NCBI GenBank assembly: GCA_052390515.1
Contig: JBQTGV010000011.1
Span: 9,576 to 73,575, forward strand
Length of the DNA stretch: 64,000 nucleotides
Source of the DNA: Candidatus Eiseniibacteriota bacterium
GTDB lineage: Bacteria; ARS69
Direction of reading: 5' to 3'
Shown: positions 52,725 to 61,433 of the stretch, piece after piece
Layout of the letters: each line of letters begins with the position of its first letter
How positions within the stretch are numbered: position 1 is the stretch's first letter
The notes under the pieces: model-generated
The model's input: the letters and a program-made list of their open reading frames with translations, nothing else
Databases searched by the model: none
Told to the model about the DNA's origin: nothing
Program-made: the position numbers and the translations under genes

Positions 52725-55034
52725 TCAGAGCCGACGCTTCACTCCGAGGTGCAGCGTGACGTCATCCTCGCCGCGCTCGGGGACGCGAAGGAACGCGCCC
52801 GATTCCACCTTCCAGTCCGCGCTGATCGGCGCGCGCACGACGAGCCCCGCGGAACGGGACCGAACTCTGCCGGGCTCGAGTGCAGCGCCGGTGAAGTAGC
52901 TCTCGCCACCGGTCAGCGCGAGGAAGCGCATCTCCGTTCCACGGAACGGGGCGGAGAGGATCAGGCTCGCGCCGCCGAGCGAGTCATCTCCGCCGGCGTC
53001 GAAGCTCGTGCGCACGACGTGGCCGCGGAGCCCCATCCAGGCATCGGCCGGCAGGTACACGATGGCGCCGGTAACGAGCTCGAGCACCGACGCGTCGGTG
53101 AAGCGGGACGTGCGCGCGATCCAGGTGACCGACACCGGTGAGACCGCGGCGGCCTCTCCCTCGAGCGAAGCCGACCACCGCGCCGACGCGTCCGCTCCGG
53201 GTGCGGCGCGGAGCTCGAGCCCCGCCCCGGCGGTCGACCACAGAGCGGTCTCCGTCCCGAGGACGAAGCCGGCGTCGCGCTCGTCGTTCCGCTCCAGCGT
53301 GTAGGCGCCGGCGGTCACGCCGAGGAGCCGACGACCCCCGCTTCGCTCCCATCCCCAACGGTGCCGGCCCTCGAACCAGGTGGCGTGCAGTCCCCCCTCG
53401 CGGTGCTCGGTCGCGGCGAAGAGCGCGGCCTCCCGGGAAACCGGCGACCCTTCCGCCGGCCCGGCACCGAGCAGAGCGAGGGCGAACGTGGCGATCCTCG
53501 CCGTGGACGATGCCGCGGTGCGGAATCCGCGACGCTCCATGTCGCCCCAGGCGTGGATTCCGCGCAGGTACTCCCACGTGCCCTGCAGCCGCCACCACAC
53601 CGTGGCCTGGCGGTAGCCGAGCTCGCCGAGCGCACACGCGGCGACGAGACGCAGCCGATCACGCCACGAGTCCATGCCGAGCAGCGAACGCATGTGCGTG
53701 CGTGCCGGCACCACGGGTTCGAGCCAGGTGGCGCAGAGCACTGAGACCAGCGAGTGCAGCATGCCGAACCCCAGCGCGACCGCCGCCAGTAGAACGGCGC
53801 GCTCCACGTCGAGCGCGCCGAGCAGCACCACGAAGGGCAGCAACAGGTAGCCGAGCGCCTCGACGTACGGCCCGCAGAACTCGAACGCGACGACATAGGG
53901 GAACGCCAGCAGACCGACGCGCCCGTAGGCCGGGTTCAGCAGCATCGTCCGGTGGTAGCGCACGATCTCGAGCAGGCCGCGATGCCACCGCCGCCGCTGC
54001 CGGGCGAGCACGCGAACACTCGAAGGCACTTCGGTCCAGCAGACCGGAAGCGGCGTGTGCACGATCTTCGCCGGGCGTCCGGTCTCGCGACCATAGCGGT
54101 GCAGGCGCACGATGAGCTCCATGTCCTCGCCCACCGTTCCGCGTCCCGCACCCGAGTACTCCGCCAGCAGCCGCGAACGCACGCGTCCCGTGAGGAAGCC
54201 GCCGACCGCGAGCGCCGTCTCGCGCCGCGTCACCAGGAACGCACCCGACAGGATCAGCAGGCACCCGAGGCGGCTCCACCCGGTCCGCGCGGTCGTGAAC
54301 GAGCGCACGTACTCGAGCGCCTGGCAGAGCGGAAGGTAACGGCGCGGCACGCGCACCTGCGTGACGCGTCCGCCTTCCAGCACCGAGTCGTTCACGATCC
54401 CGATCTGCCCGCCCACCGCGTCGACCGAGGGATCGTCCTGGAACACTCTCGTCACCAGCTTGAGCGACGACGGATCGAGGATCGAATCGGCGTCCACGGT
54501 CACGAAGTACGGTGACCGGCAGGTGTTGAGCGCGCAGTTCAGGGCGTCGGCGCGACCGCCGTTCTCCTTGTCGACGACGATGAGACGCTCCACGTTCGCC
54601 GGAAGAGGCACGCCGCACTCGTACACGCCCCGCACCGCGGCGGTGTGCAGCCGGCCCTGCTCGCTGGAATCGTGCAGGCGCAGGCGGAACGCGCTACGCA
54701 AAGCCGCGAGCGTCCCGTCCTTCGAGCCGTCGTTGACGACGATGACCTCGAGCCGCGGGTAGTCGAGCTGCAGGAACGTGCGGACGGAGTCGACGATCCC
54801 GCGCTCCTCGTTGTAGGCCGGCACGAGCACGGCGATCGGCGCGCAGCCCGGGTCGTCGTCCATCATGTCCAGGTCGTGGTAGGCGAGCGCCCGCACGTGC
54901 TCCCGCGCGGGGCGGAAGCCCAGCAGGACGAGTGCGCTGTTTACGACCGCGTAGACGACGGTGAAGCCGAGGGCGAAGTACTCGGCGACGAGGAGGACGG
55001 CCAGGACGGGCGAGAGTTCGCCGAGGGAAGTCAC
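52725..55034 (-). CDS. PgaC/HAS-like processive GT2 polysaccharide synthase with a ~300-aa C-terminal extension
   Basis: The GTG start overlaps the HEAT-gene stop (GTGA). It has N-terminal TMs. The GT2 core is 'IAVLVPAYNEERG...VIVVNDGSKDGT...VDADSIL...QRRRWHRG' (a QxxRW-like processive motif). Several C-terminal TM helices follow, then a beta-rich 270-aa tail. The frame upstream of 55034 overlaps the HEAT gene and is rejected. Confidence 0.8.
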   Translation of the reverse strand: MTSLGELSPVLAVLLVAEYFALGFTVVYAVVNSALVLLGFRPAREHVRALAYHDLDMMDDDPGCAPIAVLVPAYNEERGIVDSVRTFLQLDYPRLEVIVVNDGSKDGTLAALRSAFRLRLHDSSEQGRLHTAAVRGVYECGVPLPANVERLIVVDKENGGRADALNCALNTCRSPYFVTVDADSILDPSSLKLVTRVFQDDPSVDAVGGQIGIVNDSVLEGGRVTQVRVPRRYLPLCQALEYVRSFTTARTGWSRLGCLLILSGAFLVTRRETALAVGGFLTGRVRSRLLAEYSGAGRGTVGEDMELIVRLHRYGRETGRPAKIVHTPLPVCWTEVPSSVRVLARQRRRWHRGLLEIVRYHRTMLLNPAYGRVGLLAFPYVVAFEFCGPYVEALGYLLLPFVVLLGALDVERAVLLAAVALGFGMLHSLVSVLCATWLEPVVPARTHMRSLLGMDSWRDRLRLVAACALGELGYRQATVWWRLQGTWEYLRGIHAWGDMERRGFRTAASSTARIATFALALLGAGPAEGSPVSREAALFAATEHREGGLHATWFEGRHRWGWERSGGRRLLGVTAGAYTLERNDERDAGFVLGTETALWSTAGAGLELRAAPGADASARWSASLEGEAAAVSPVSVTWIARTSRFTDASVLELVTGAIVYLPADAWMGLRGHVVRTSFDAGGDDSLGGASLILSAPFRGTEMRFLALTGGESYFTGAALEPGRVRSRSAGLVVRAPISADWKVESGAFLRVPERGEDDVTLHLGVKRRL

Positions 55035-58000
55035 GCAGTCTCGCCCTTTCCGGCCGGCGCTCCGGCGTCGATCCGCGCGAGGGCCTTGGCGGCGGCGGCG
55101 GACACGCGCGACGAGGGATCGCGGCGCGCCTGCACCAGCGCCTGTCGCCGATCGCCCTCCCGCTCCCCGAGGTCCGTGCGCGGACTCCCCAGCAGCCGGA
55201 CGGACGCGTGGCGAACCGCGGGCGACGGATCGGCCAGGGCGTCGAGCAAGGTGCCGGCGCCCGCCGCTCCGAGCCGCGGTAGGACGTGTGCGCAGGCTGC
55301 GGCGCGCACGGAGGCCCAGCGGTGCTCCAGCAGCAGGCGGACCACCTCGGGCGGCGGCACCGCGCTCGTGCGGGCAATGATCCGGGCGAGCGCGCAGAGC
55401 GTACGTTCGCTCTCGGGCCGGGCGGCGACGGCGCGGAGGATCGTGTCGAGGTGCTCTTCGGCGCGCCGACCGAGCGCGTCGGTCACGGCGATGTGGAAGC
55501 GTCGCCGTCCCGTCTCGAGATGCCGCAGAAGGAGCGGGATCGCCTCTTCCGGCAGCAGCTCGTCGGACTTGCGCGCGGCACGGACCGCCACCGACTCGTC
55601 GGGGTCCCGCAGCGCGTGCTCGAGGATGCCCACCTTCTGGGGCAGACGGCTCCGAGTCACCAGGAACTCCAGCGCGGCCGACCGCACCGGCGGCGCGGGG
55701 TCCATCAGGCAGACACCGAGCAGCACGACCTCGGCGCGCCGCGAGTCGAGCGAGCGCAGACCCTGCACGCAGCGGAGCCGCGTGGCCGCGTCGGGAGAGC
55801 GCTCCAGCTCGTGAAGCAGCATGAGCTCGGCGTAGTAGGGTGAGTCGGCTCCGAGCAGTCGGGCGAGGAACGGCGCCCCCGGCCGCTCCGCGTTCGAGCG
55901 CAGCGCCGCGAGCAACGGGTGTCCCTCGTCGCGCCAGTGGTGCAGGATGCGCAGGCGCTCCTCGTCGCGGAGCGCGGCGAGCCACTCCGGGAGCGCCTCC
56001 TCGTGCCCCTGATAGAGGCACGCCGCAGTCACCGCGAGCCGCACTTCCGGCTGCGGCCCGGAGCGAGCCTCGAGGCGTTCGCACAGCTCCCTCGGGAGCG
56101 CGCCGCGCAGCCCCAGGGCGAAGGCCACGTCGACCGCGACGCGCACGTCGCCGGACGACAGTGCGGCGACGATCTGCCGCCCGATGCGTTCGCCGGGAAC
56201 GAGCGCCACGGCGCGAACCGCCGCGGATGCGACGAGCGGGGACGGGTCCGTCGTGCACGCCGCCACGATCGGGGTCAGCTCGTCGGCGGCTGCTCCCGAG
56301 TGGACGGCAGCGGGGAAGGCGGTGGTCCGTACGCGGTCGTCGGCATCGGTCAGCAGTCGCGCGAGACCGAGGCGTTCCGCGCGGCCCGGCAGGACGAGCG
56401 CCGCAGCGGCCCGAGCCCAGCGCGCCGCCGCATCGTCCCGGGCTTCGAGGTGGAGAAGCACGTCGTCCGCAAGCGAGCTCGCCACGTCCCGGACCACCGC
56501 GGCCAGTCGATCGAGATCGCGGTCCGCGGTGCGGGGAAGGAGGGCCATGGCGAGATCCACCGACGGCAGCCCGACGCCCGCACCGAGGCCGTGCACCAGC
56601 GCGTCGAGATCGGCACCGTTCCACTCCGCGACGCCGTTCGCGAGCAAGAGGTCGTGGCGTCCGAGCGCCGCCAGCGCGCGGGCGCCTGCGCCGCGCACCA
56701 GGGCATCGGAATCGGAGAGCGAGGGCAGCACGGCCTCGACCGGGAGTCGCGGCGTCCGCATGGTCTCGACGAGGCGAAGCGCCGCCCGACGCACGCCGGG
56801 ATTCGCGTCGGCGAGCAGGGCGGTCACGTCGGGCACGCGAGCCGGGCTCCCGAGGGCCTCGTAGTACTCGAGGCACGCGAGGCGAACCCACTCGTCCGCG
56901 GAGGCGAGATACGGTGCGACCTCCGCGTCGAACCCGCCGGCGCGCACGCCGCGGAGCGCCTCCAGGACTCGCGCTTCGAGGGCGGGGTCGTCGGTCCGGG
57001 CGAGCAGGTCGACGAGTGCCGGTCCGGCGCGCCGATCACCCACGCGCCCGAGCACGCGGATGAGCTGCGTGACGAGCGCCGAATCGGGGTCGCGCAGGCC
57101 GTCGAGCAGCGCGTCCAGGCTGCCTGCCTTGCCGAGATCGTGCAGCAGCTCCGCCACTTCCGGCGTGTACCCCTCGCGGCGCAGCGACTCGATCGCCTCG
57201 GTCACGACGCCGATTCGGTCCAGGCCGCGCGCCGCCTCGCGGGCCACGTGCGGGTCGCGGTCGTGCAACGCACCGAGCAGCGAGTCGCGGGCCGGCGATC
57301 CGAGGTTCGCCAGCGACTCGACGGCTCGCAAGCGCACCCACCACTCGGGATCGGAGAGAGCGCGCGCCAGGAACTCGACGGTCTCGCGCGCGGGCAGCGA
57401 GCCGAGCGCGCGCGCCACCGCGGTGCGCACGAACGAGCTCGGGTCGGTGAGCAGGCGATCGAGGAGCGGCCCGACCGAAGAGGAGTCACGCAGGCGGCCG
57501 AGGGCTTTCGCGGAGCGAGCGCGCAGCTCCGGATCGACGTCGGCCAGCGCGTCGTGCAGCGGGCGAACCGCGCGGCGATCCCCGATCTCCCCGAGGATGG
57601 CCGCCGCCCAGCGCCGGCTCGCGGCGGGCCGCGCAGGATCGGCCAGCTCGCGCACCAGCGGCTCGACGGCACCGGACCCGATTCGCCCGAGCGCGGCGGC
57701 GGCGCGCGGAGGGAACCACGTCTCCGCGGAGCTGAGCGCCTCGATCAGCACCGGTGCCGCGTCCGGATGGCGGACGCGCTCCAGGGACCGCAGCGCGACG
57801 GCGCGCACCGGCGGCGGCTCGCCGACCGCGTCGAGCGCCACCTCGAGGAGCGCGGGGACGACGCGGGGGCTTCCCGTCCAGCCCAGCATCTCCGCCGCCG
57901 CCGCCCGACGTACCCAGCGCTTCTCCGTGCGAAGAGCGCGCAGGTAGCGGTCGACGATTCCGGAGGCTTCGTACTCGCCGGGAGAGAGGTTCGCGGGATC

Positions 58001-58267
58001 TTCGCCCCGCTTCACGACGAGGTCGAGCCACTGGTCCAGCGTGCGCAGGTCCGCGAGCAGCGAGTTCCGCGCCAGCTCCCCTTGGAGCAGGGCGCTTCCG
58101 CCGGCGCCCATGTCATCGAACATGTGCCCGAGCAGCGGCGAACGCGCGCGCAGCCGCCGCAAGCGCCACGCCACCCACGCGTTGCGCGCGACAAGCACGG
58201 CGACGATCGCCACCTGGGTGGCTGCGATCGTCAAGACCGACCAGAAGAGCCAGGTTCTGGAAATCAA
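55031..58267 (-). CDS. Membrane-anchored giant HEAT-repeat (PBS-lyase HEAT-like) protein
   Basis: 1078 aa. N-terminal TM 'WLFWSVLTIAATQVAIVAVLVA', then more than 25 'xxVRxxAxxALGxLGxxxAxxxLxxxLxDxDxxVR' HEAT-like repeats. Translationally coupled to the GT2 synthase. Confidence 0.8.
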   Translation of the reverse strand: MISRTWLFWSVLTIAATQVAIVAVLVARNAWVAWRLRRLRARSPLLGHMFDDMGAGGSALLQGELARNSLLADLRTLDQWLDLVVKRGEDPANLSPGEYEASGIVDRYLRALRTEKRWVRRAAAAEMLGWTGSPRVVPALLEVALDAVGEPPPVRAVALRSLERVRHPDAAPVLIEALSSAETWFPPRAAAALGRIGSGAVEPLVRELADPARPAASRRWAAAILGEIGDRRAVRPLHDALADVDPELRARSAKALGRLRDSSSVGPLLDRLLTDPSSFVRTAVARALGSLPARETVEFLARALSDPEWWVRLRAVESLANLGSPARDSLLGALHDRDPHVAREAARGLDRIGVVTEAIESLRREGYTPEVAELLHDLGKAGSLDALLDGLRDPDSALVTQLIRVLGRVGDRRAGPALVDLLARTDDPALEARVLEALRGVRAGGFDAEVAPYLASADEWVRLACLEYYEALGSPARVPDVTALLADANPGVRRAALRLVETMRTPRLPVEAVLPSLSDSDALVRGAGARALAALGRHDLLLANGVAEWNGADLDALVHGLGAGVGLPSVDLAMALLPRTADRDLDRLAAVVRDVASSLADDVLLHLEARDDAAARWARAAAALVLPGRAERLGLARLLTDADDRVRTTAFPAAVHSGAAADELTPIVAACTTDPSPLVASAAVRAVALVPGERIGRQIVAALSSGDVRVAVDVAFALGLRGALPRELCERLEARSGPQPEVRLAVTAACLYQGHEEALPEWLAALRDEERLRILHHWRDEGHPLLAALRSNAERPGAPFLARLLGADSPYYAELMLLHELERSPDAATRLRCVQGLRSLDSRRAEVVLLGVCLMDPAPPVRSAALEFLVTRSRLPQKVGILEHALRDPDESVAVRAARKSDELLPEEAIPLLLRHLETGRRRFHIAVTDALGRRAEEHLDTILRAVAARPESERTLCALARIIARTSAVPPPEVVRLLLEHRWASVRAAACAHVLPRLGAAGAGTLLDALADPSPAVRHASVRLLGSPRTDLGEREGDRRQALVQARRDPSSRVSAAAAKALARIDAGAPAGKGETA

Positions 58268-58466
58268 AGGCCAGGAGCGGCAGGTCCGGGGCCGGGGTGC
58301 GCTCTCTTGGGAAGGTTCGGCAAAGAATGACTTCGGTCTTAGCTTCCCCCCCTCGGCCCCCCGACGGTTCCAACTTCAGGTCCCGGCGACCTCCGCACGC
58401 CGATTCGGACTTCGGCCCGGTGACCCTCTCGGCGCCAGTCGTGTACCTTTCGCCGAGGGAGGAACC

Positions 58467-59168
58467 ATGGAGCTCTGCGTCGGGACGAGCGGCTACGCCT
58501 ATAAGGAGTGGAAGGGGAAGTTCTATCCCGAGAAGCACCCCGACAAGGAGATGCTGTCGTACTACGCGGGCAAGCTCGGCGCGGTGGAGATCAACAACAC
58601 GTTCTACCGGATGCCGACCGAGAGCCTCCTCGCCGGGTGGGCGGGCCAGGTGCCGCCCGGGTTCCGCTTCGCGTTGAAGGCGCCGCAGCGCATCACGCAC
58701 ATCCGGCGGCTCAAGGACGTCGGGCAGGAGACAGCGCATCTCGCGACGATGGCGCGCACGCTCGGCGAACGACTCGGCGTGATTCTCTTCCAGCTGCCGC
58801 CCAACTTCCGCAAGGACGTCGCGCGGCTCGATGAGTTCTTCGAGGGCGCACTGCCGGCGGACGTGCCCGCGGCCATCGAGTTTCGCCACGAGGGTTGGTT
58901 CGACGACGAGGTCTTCGCCAGGCTGCGCGCTCGGGGCGTAGCGCTGTGCGTCGCCGACACCGACGAGGGAGACACGCCGCTCGTCGGGACCGCCGGGATC
59001 GGGTACCTGCGGCTCCGGCGCGCGAACTACACGGACGACGACCTCGTCGCCTGGGCGAAGAAGATCGCGGCGCAGGATTGGGCGAAGGCCTTCGTGTTCT
59101 TCAAGCACGAGGACGCGGCCGCGGGTCCGCTCATGGCCATGCGGTTCCGGGAGATCGCCGGGCGGTAG
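58467..59168 (+). CDS. DUF72 (UPF0759) family protein
   Basis: 'CVGTSGYAYKEWKGKFYP...YYAGKLGAVEINNTFYRMP...FRFALKAPQRITH' is the canonical DUF72 pattern. A GAGGGAGG Shine-Dalgarno sequence lies upstream of the ATG at 58467. Confidence 0.8.
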   Translation: MELCVGTSGYAYKEWKGKFYPEKHPDKEMLSYYAGKLGAVEINNTFYRMPTESLLAGWAGQVPPGFRFALKAPQRITHIRRLKDVGQETAHLATMARTLGERLGVILFQLPPNFRKDVARLDEFFEGALPADVPAAIEFRHEGWFDDEVFARLRARGVALCVADTDEGDTPLVGTAGIGYLRLRRANYTDDDLVAWAKKIAAQDWAKAFVFFKHEDAAAGPLMAMRFREIAGR

Positions 59169-59171
59169 GCG

Positions 59172-59942
59172 TCAGGCGCGGGCCAGCAGATCCGGCAAGT
59201 CACGCACGGACTCGAGCACGTGGTGCGGCCGATGCTCCGCCGGCAAGCCGGCCAGCTGCCGCGCGTCGGTCTTCCCGGTGAGAACCAGGTACGTCGTCAT
59301 CCCCGCGGCGCGCCCGCCGGCGATGTCCGCCTCCAAGTCGTCCCCGGCGATGGACATCTCCTCGATGCGCTCTCCGAGCATCGCCGCGGCCATGCCAAAG
59401 AAGCCGGGCGACGGCTTACCGATGACCTCGGCCGCGACTCCGGCCGCGTACTCGAGTGCCGCGACGAAGGCGCCGGCGTCGAGCGTCCACTCGCCGTCGT
59501 CGTTCTTCCAGAAGCGGTTCGTGTGCGTGGCCACGAGGCGAGCGCCGCCGCGCAGGTTGCGGAATGCGGCGTTCAGCACGTCGAAGGTGACTTCGCGCCC
59601 CATGTCGCCCAGCACCACCGCCTCTGGCGCGTCTCCGGTCACGTCGAAGTCCGTCCAGTCGGCGCGCGACGACGCGGTCAACAGCAGCTGCACGCGGCGG
59701 ATGCGGAGCTCGCGGAGCCGGGCCGCGGCGGCCCAGCTCGCGGAGAGGATCTCCTCGTCGGCCGCCTCGATCCCCGCGCGGCGAATGGACGCTGCCACCT
59801 CGGCGCGGGACCTGCGGCTCGTGTTCGTGGCGAAGAGCAGGCGGACTCCGCGCCGGCGAAGCTCGGCGACGGCCTCGGGAGCGCCGTCGATGGCCCGGCC
59901 GGCGTCGAGCAGCGTTCCGTCGATGTCGAGGAGCACGCCCAT
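59172..59942 (-). CDS. HAD-IIA family hydrolase (NagD/PGP-like)
   Basis: 'LLDIDGTL' is motif I (DxD), 'LFATNTS' is motif II, and 'GKPSPGFF...IAGDDLEADIAGGRAAGM' is motif III/IV. Confidence 0.8.
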   Translation of the reverse strand: MGVLLDIDGTLLDAGRAIDGAPEAVAELRRRGVRLLFATNTSRRSRAEVAASIRRAGIEAADEEILSASWAAAARLRELRIRRVQLLLTASSRADWTDFDVTGDAPEAVVLGDMGREVTFDVLNAAFRNLRGGARLVATHTNRFWKNDDGEWTLDAGAFVAALEYAAGVAAEVIGKPSPGFFGMAAAMLGERIEEMSIAGDDLEADIAGGRAAGMTTYLVLTGKTDARQLAGLPAEHRPHHVLESVRDLPDLLARA

Positions 59943-59953
59943 CCCGGCAGCGT

Positions 59954-60310
59954 GTGGAGCCGCGGCGGGGCTGTCAAGCGGGCGGCTTGAATCCTGGCGG
60001 CGTTCTCGCGTTCAGCGGGCCGCCCGGAGTGGCATACATCCCCGGAACCAGGCTCGTCTTCCCGGGATGTCCCACGGCGCCGGTGGTGCTGGGTCACTTC
60101 CTGATACTGAGCCTCCCGGGACAGTTCTGTCTGGTTCCGACGACGAGCAGCGAGGTCGTGACGCTCGACTGTCAGGCCACGCCGCAGGCTCTCGCGACTT
60201 CCTGGGTCGGATTCTCGAACTCCGCCGGCGCACCGTGCATGGATGGAACCCCCTGTCCCCTGTCCGTCGATCCGACGCCGTGGGGGTCGGTGAAGGGTCT
60301 GTACCGCTAG
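59954..60310 (+). CDS. Hypothetical small Cys/Pro/Gly-rich protein (118 aa, GTG start); doubtful
   Basis: It fills a 390-nt reduced-GC gap. GC3 is lower than in neighbouring genes. Six Cys. No signal peptide and no recognisable motif. Confidence 0.3.
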   Translation: MEPRRGCQAGGLNPGGVLAFSGPPGVAYIPGTRLVFPGCPTAPVVLGHFLILSLPGQFCLVPTTSSEVVTLDCQATPQALATSWVGFSNSAGAPCMDGTPCPLSVDPTPWGSVKGLYR

Positions 60311-60334
60311 CGCCGCGTCGCGCAGAATCGGCGC

Positions 60335-61360
60335 ATGGAGCGACGTCATCCGCGCGCCTTCCCGCGCGACGACCAGCGGGTCTACGACGCCTACATCGCC
60401 GGGCGGCAGAGCGCGGCCGTCGCGGCAGCGGTGCGCATCGGGCTCTTCGAGCTGATCGCCCGCGAGGGACCGCTGAGCGAGGCGGCGGTCGGCGAACGGC
60501 TCCGCTTCCACGCGCGGCCGCTGCGCGCACTGCTCGCGGCGCTCTTCGCCATGGGACTGCTCGAGCGGAAGGGCGAACGCTTCGCTCTGTCCGCGGACGC
60601 AGCCGACTACCTCGTCCGCGGAAGGCCCGGATGGCTCGGCGGTCTGATCGACATGGAAGTGGAGCAGTTCCTCTCGCCGGCGTCGATGATCGAGGCGCTG
60701 GAAAAGGGGCGTCCCACGATCTACGGCGACGTCGATCCGTGGGAGGTCCACCGAGCCGATCACGCGCGCGCGCGCGCCTTCACCGCCGCCATGCACAGCA
60801 TCAGCGAGCGGCCGGCGGCGGGCTTCGCCGAGGTCGTGGACTTCTCCCGCGTGCGCAGGCTGCTCGACGTCGGCGGCGGATCGGGCGCGCTCTCGCTCGC
60901 CGTCGCCCGCGCGTGGCCGCAGGTGTGCTGCGTCATCTTCGATCTCGCCGTCGTCTGCGACATCGCCCGGGAGTATGCCGCGGCGGCGAGTCTGGCGGAG
61001 CGTGTCACCGCGGAGCCCGGAGACATGTTCGCCGACGAGCTCCCGTCGGGCTTCGACGCCGTCCTCTACTCGCAGATCCTGCACGACTGGCCGCCGGAAA
61101 AGGACGCCTTCCTCCTGGCGAAGGCGCACGCCGCGCTTCCGCCCGGCGGCATCGTTCTCGTGCATGAGAAGCTGGTCGAGGACGACGGGCGCGGTCCCCT
61201 GGCGAACGCGCTCGTGAACCTGGACATGGCGCTGTGGACCGAAGGCCAGCAGTTCTCCGAGGCCGAGCTTCGCGAGTTGCTCGGGGCGGCCGGCTTCGTC
61301 GACGTGGAGCGACGGCCCACGGCCGGCTACTGGAGCGTCGTCATCGGGCGAAAGGCCTGA
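60335..61360 (+). CDS. Class I SAM-dependent O-methyltransferase (Methyltransf_2 / COMT-like, with N-terminal dimerisation domain)
   Basis: 'RLLDVGGGSGALSLAVARAWP' (motif I), 'VIFDL', 'GDMFADELPSGFDAVLYSQILHDW', 'GGIVLVHEKL' are plant/bacterial OMT family motifs. Confidence 0.85.
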   Translation: MERRHPRAFPRDDQRVYDAYIAGRQSAAVAAAVRIGLFELIAREGPLSEAAVGERLRFHARPLRALLAALFAMGLLERKGERFALSADAADYLVRGRPGWLGGLIDMEVEQFLSPASMIEALEKGRPTIYGDVDPWEVHRADHARARAFTAAMHSISERPAAGFAEVVDFSRVRRLLDVGGGSGALSLAVARAWPQVCCVIFDLAVVCDIAREYAAAASLAERVTAEPGDMFADELPSGFDAVLYSQILHDWPPEKDAFLLAKAHAALPPGGIVLVHEKLVEDDGRGPLANALVNLDMALWTEGQQFSEAELRELLGAAGFVDVERRPTAGYWSVVIGRKA

Positions 61361-61433
61361 TTCGTTCCGCCGGGCCGTCCCGATCCGCTACAATCGGGGG
61401 AGGCCCGCGCCGGGCCACCTGGGAGAAAGCCCC

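Noticed and set aside
54000-54200. The C-terminal ~290 aa of the GT2 synthase as a separate secreted protein ('MERRGFRTAASSTARIATFALALLGAGPA' looks like a signal peptide).
   Set aside because: It is in-frame with the synthase and no stop intervenes. The hydrophobic segment is more simply a TM helix of the synthase. A frameshift or sequencing error would be needed to separate them.
52725-56891. A 1388-aa ORF spanning the GT2 synthase and part of the HEAT gene.
   Set aside because: Above 55034 this frame overlaps the HEAT-repeat gene out of frame and gives an Arg/Pro-rich translation. The GT2 gene starts at the GTG overlapping the HEAT stop.
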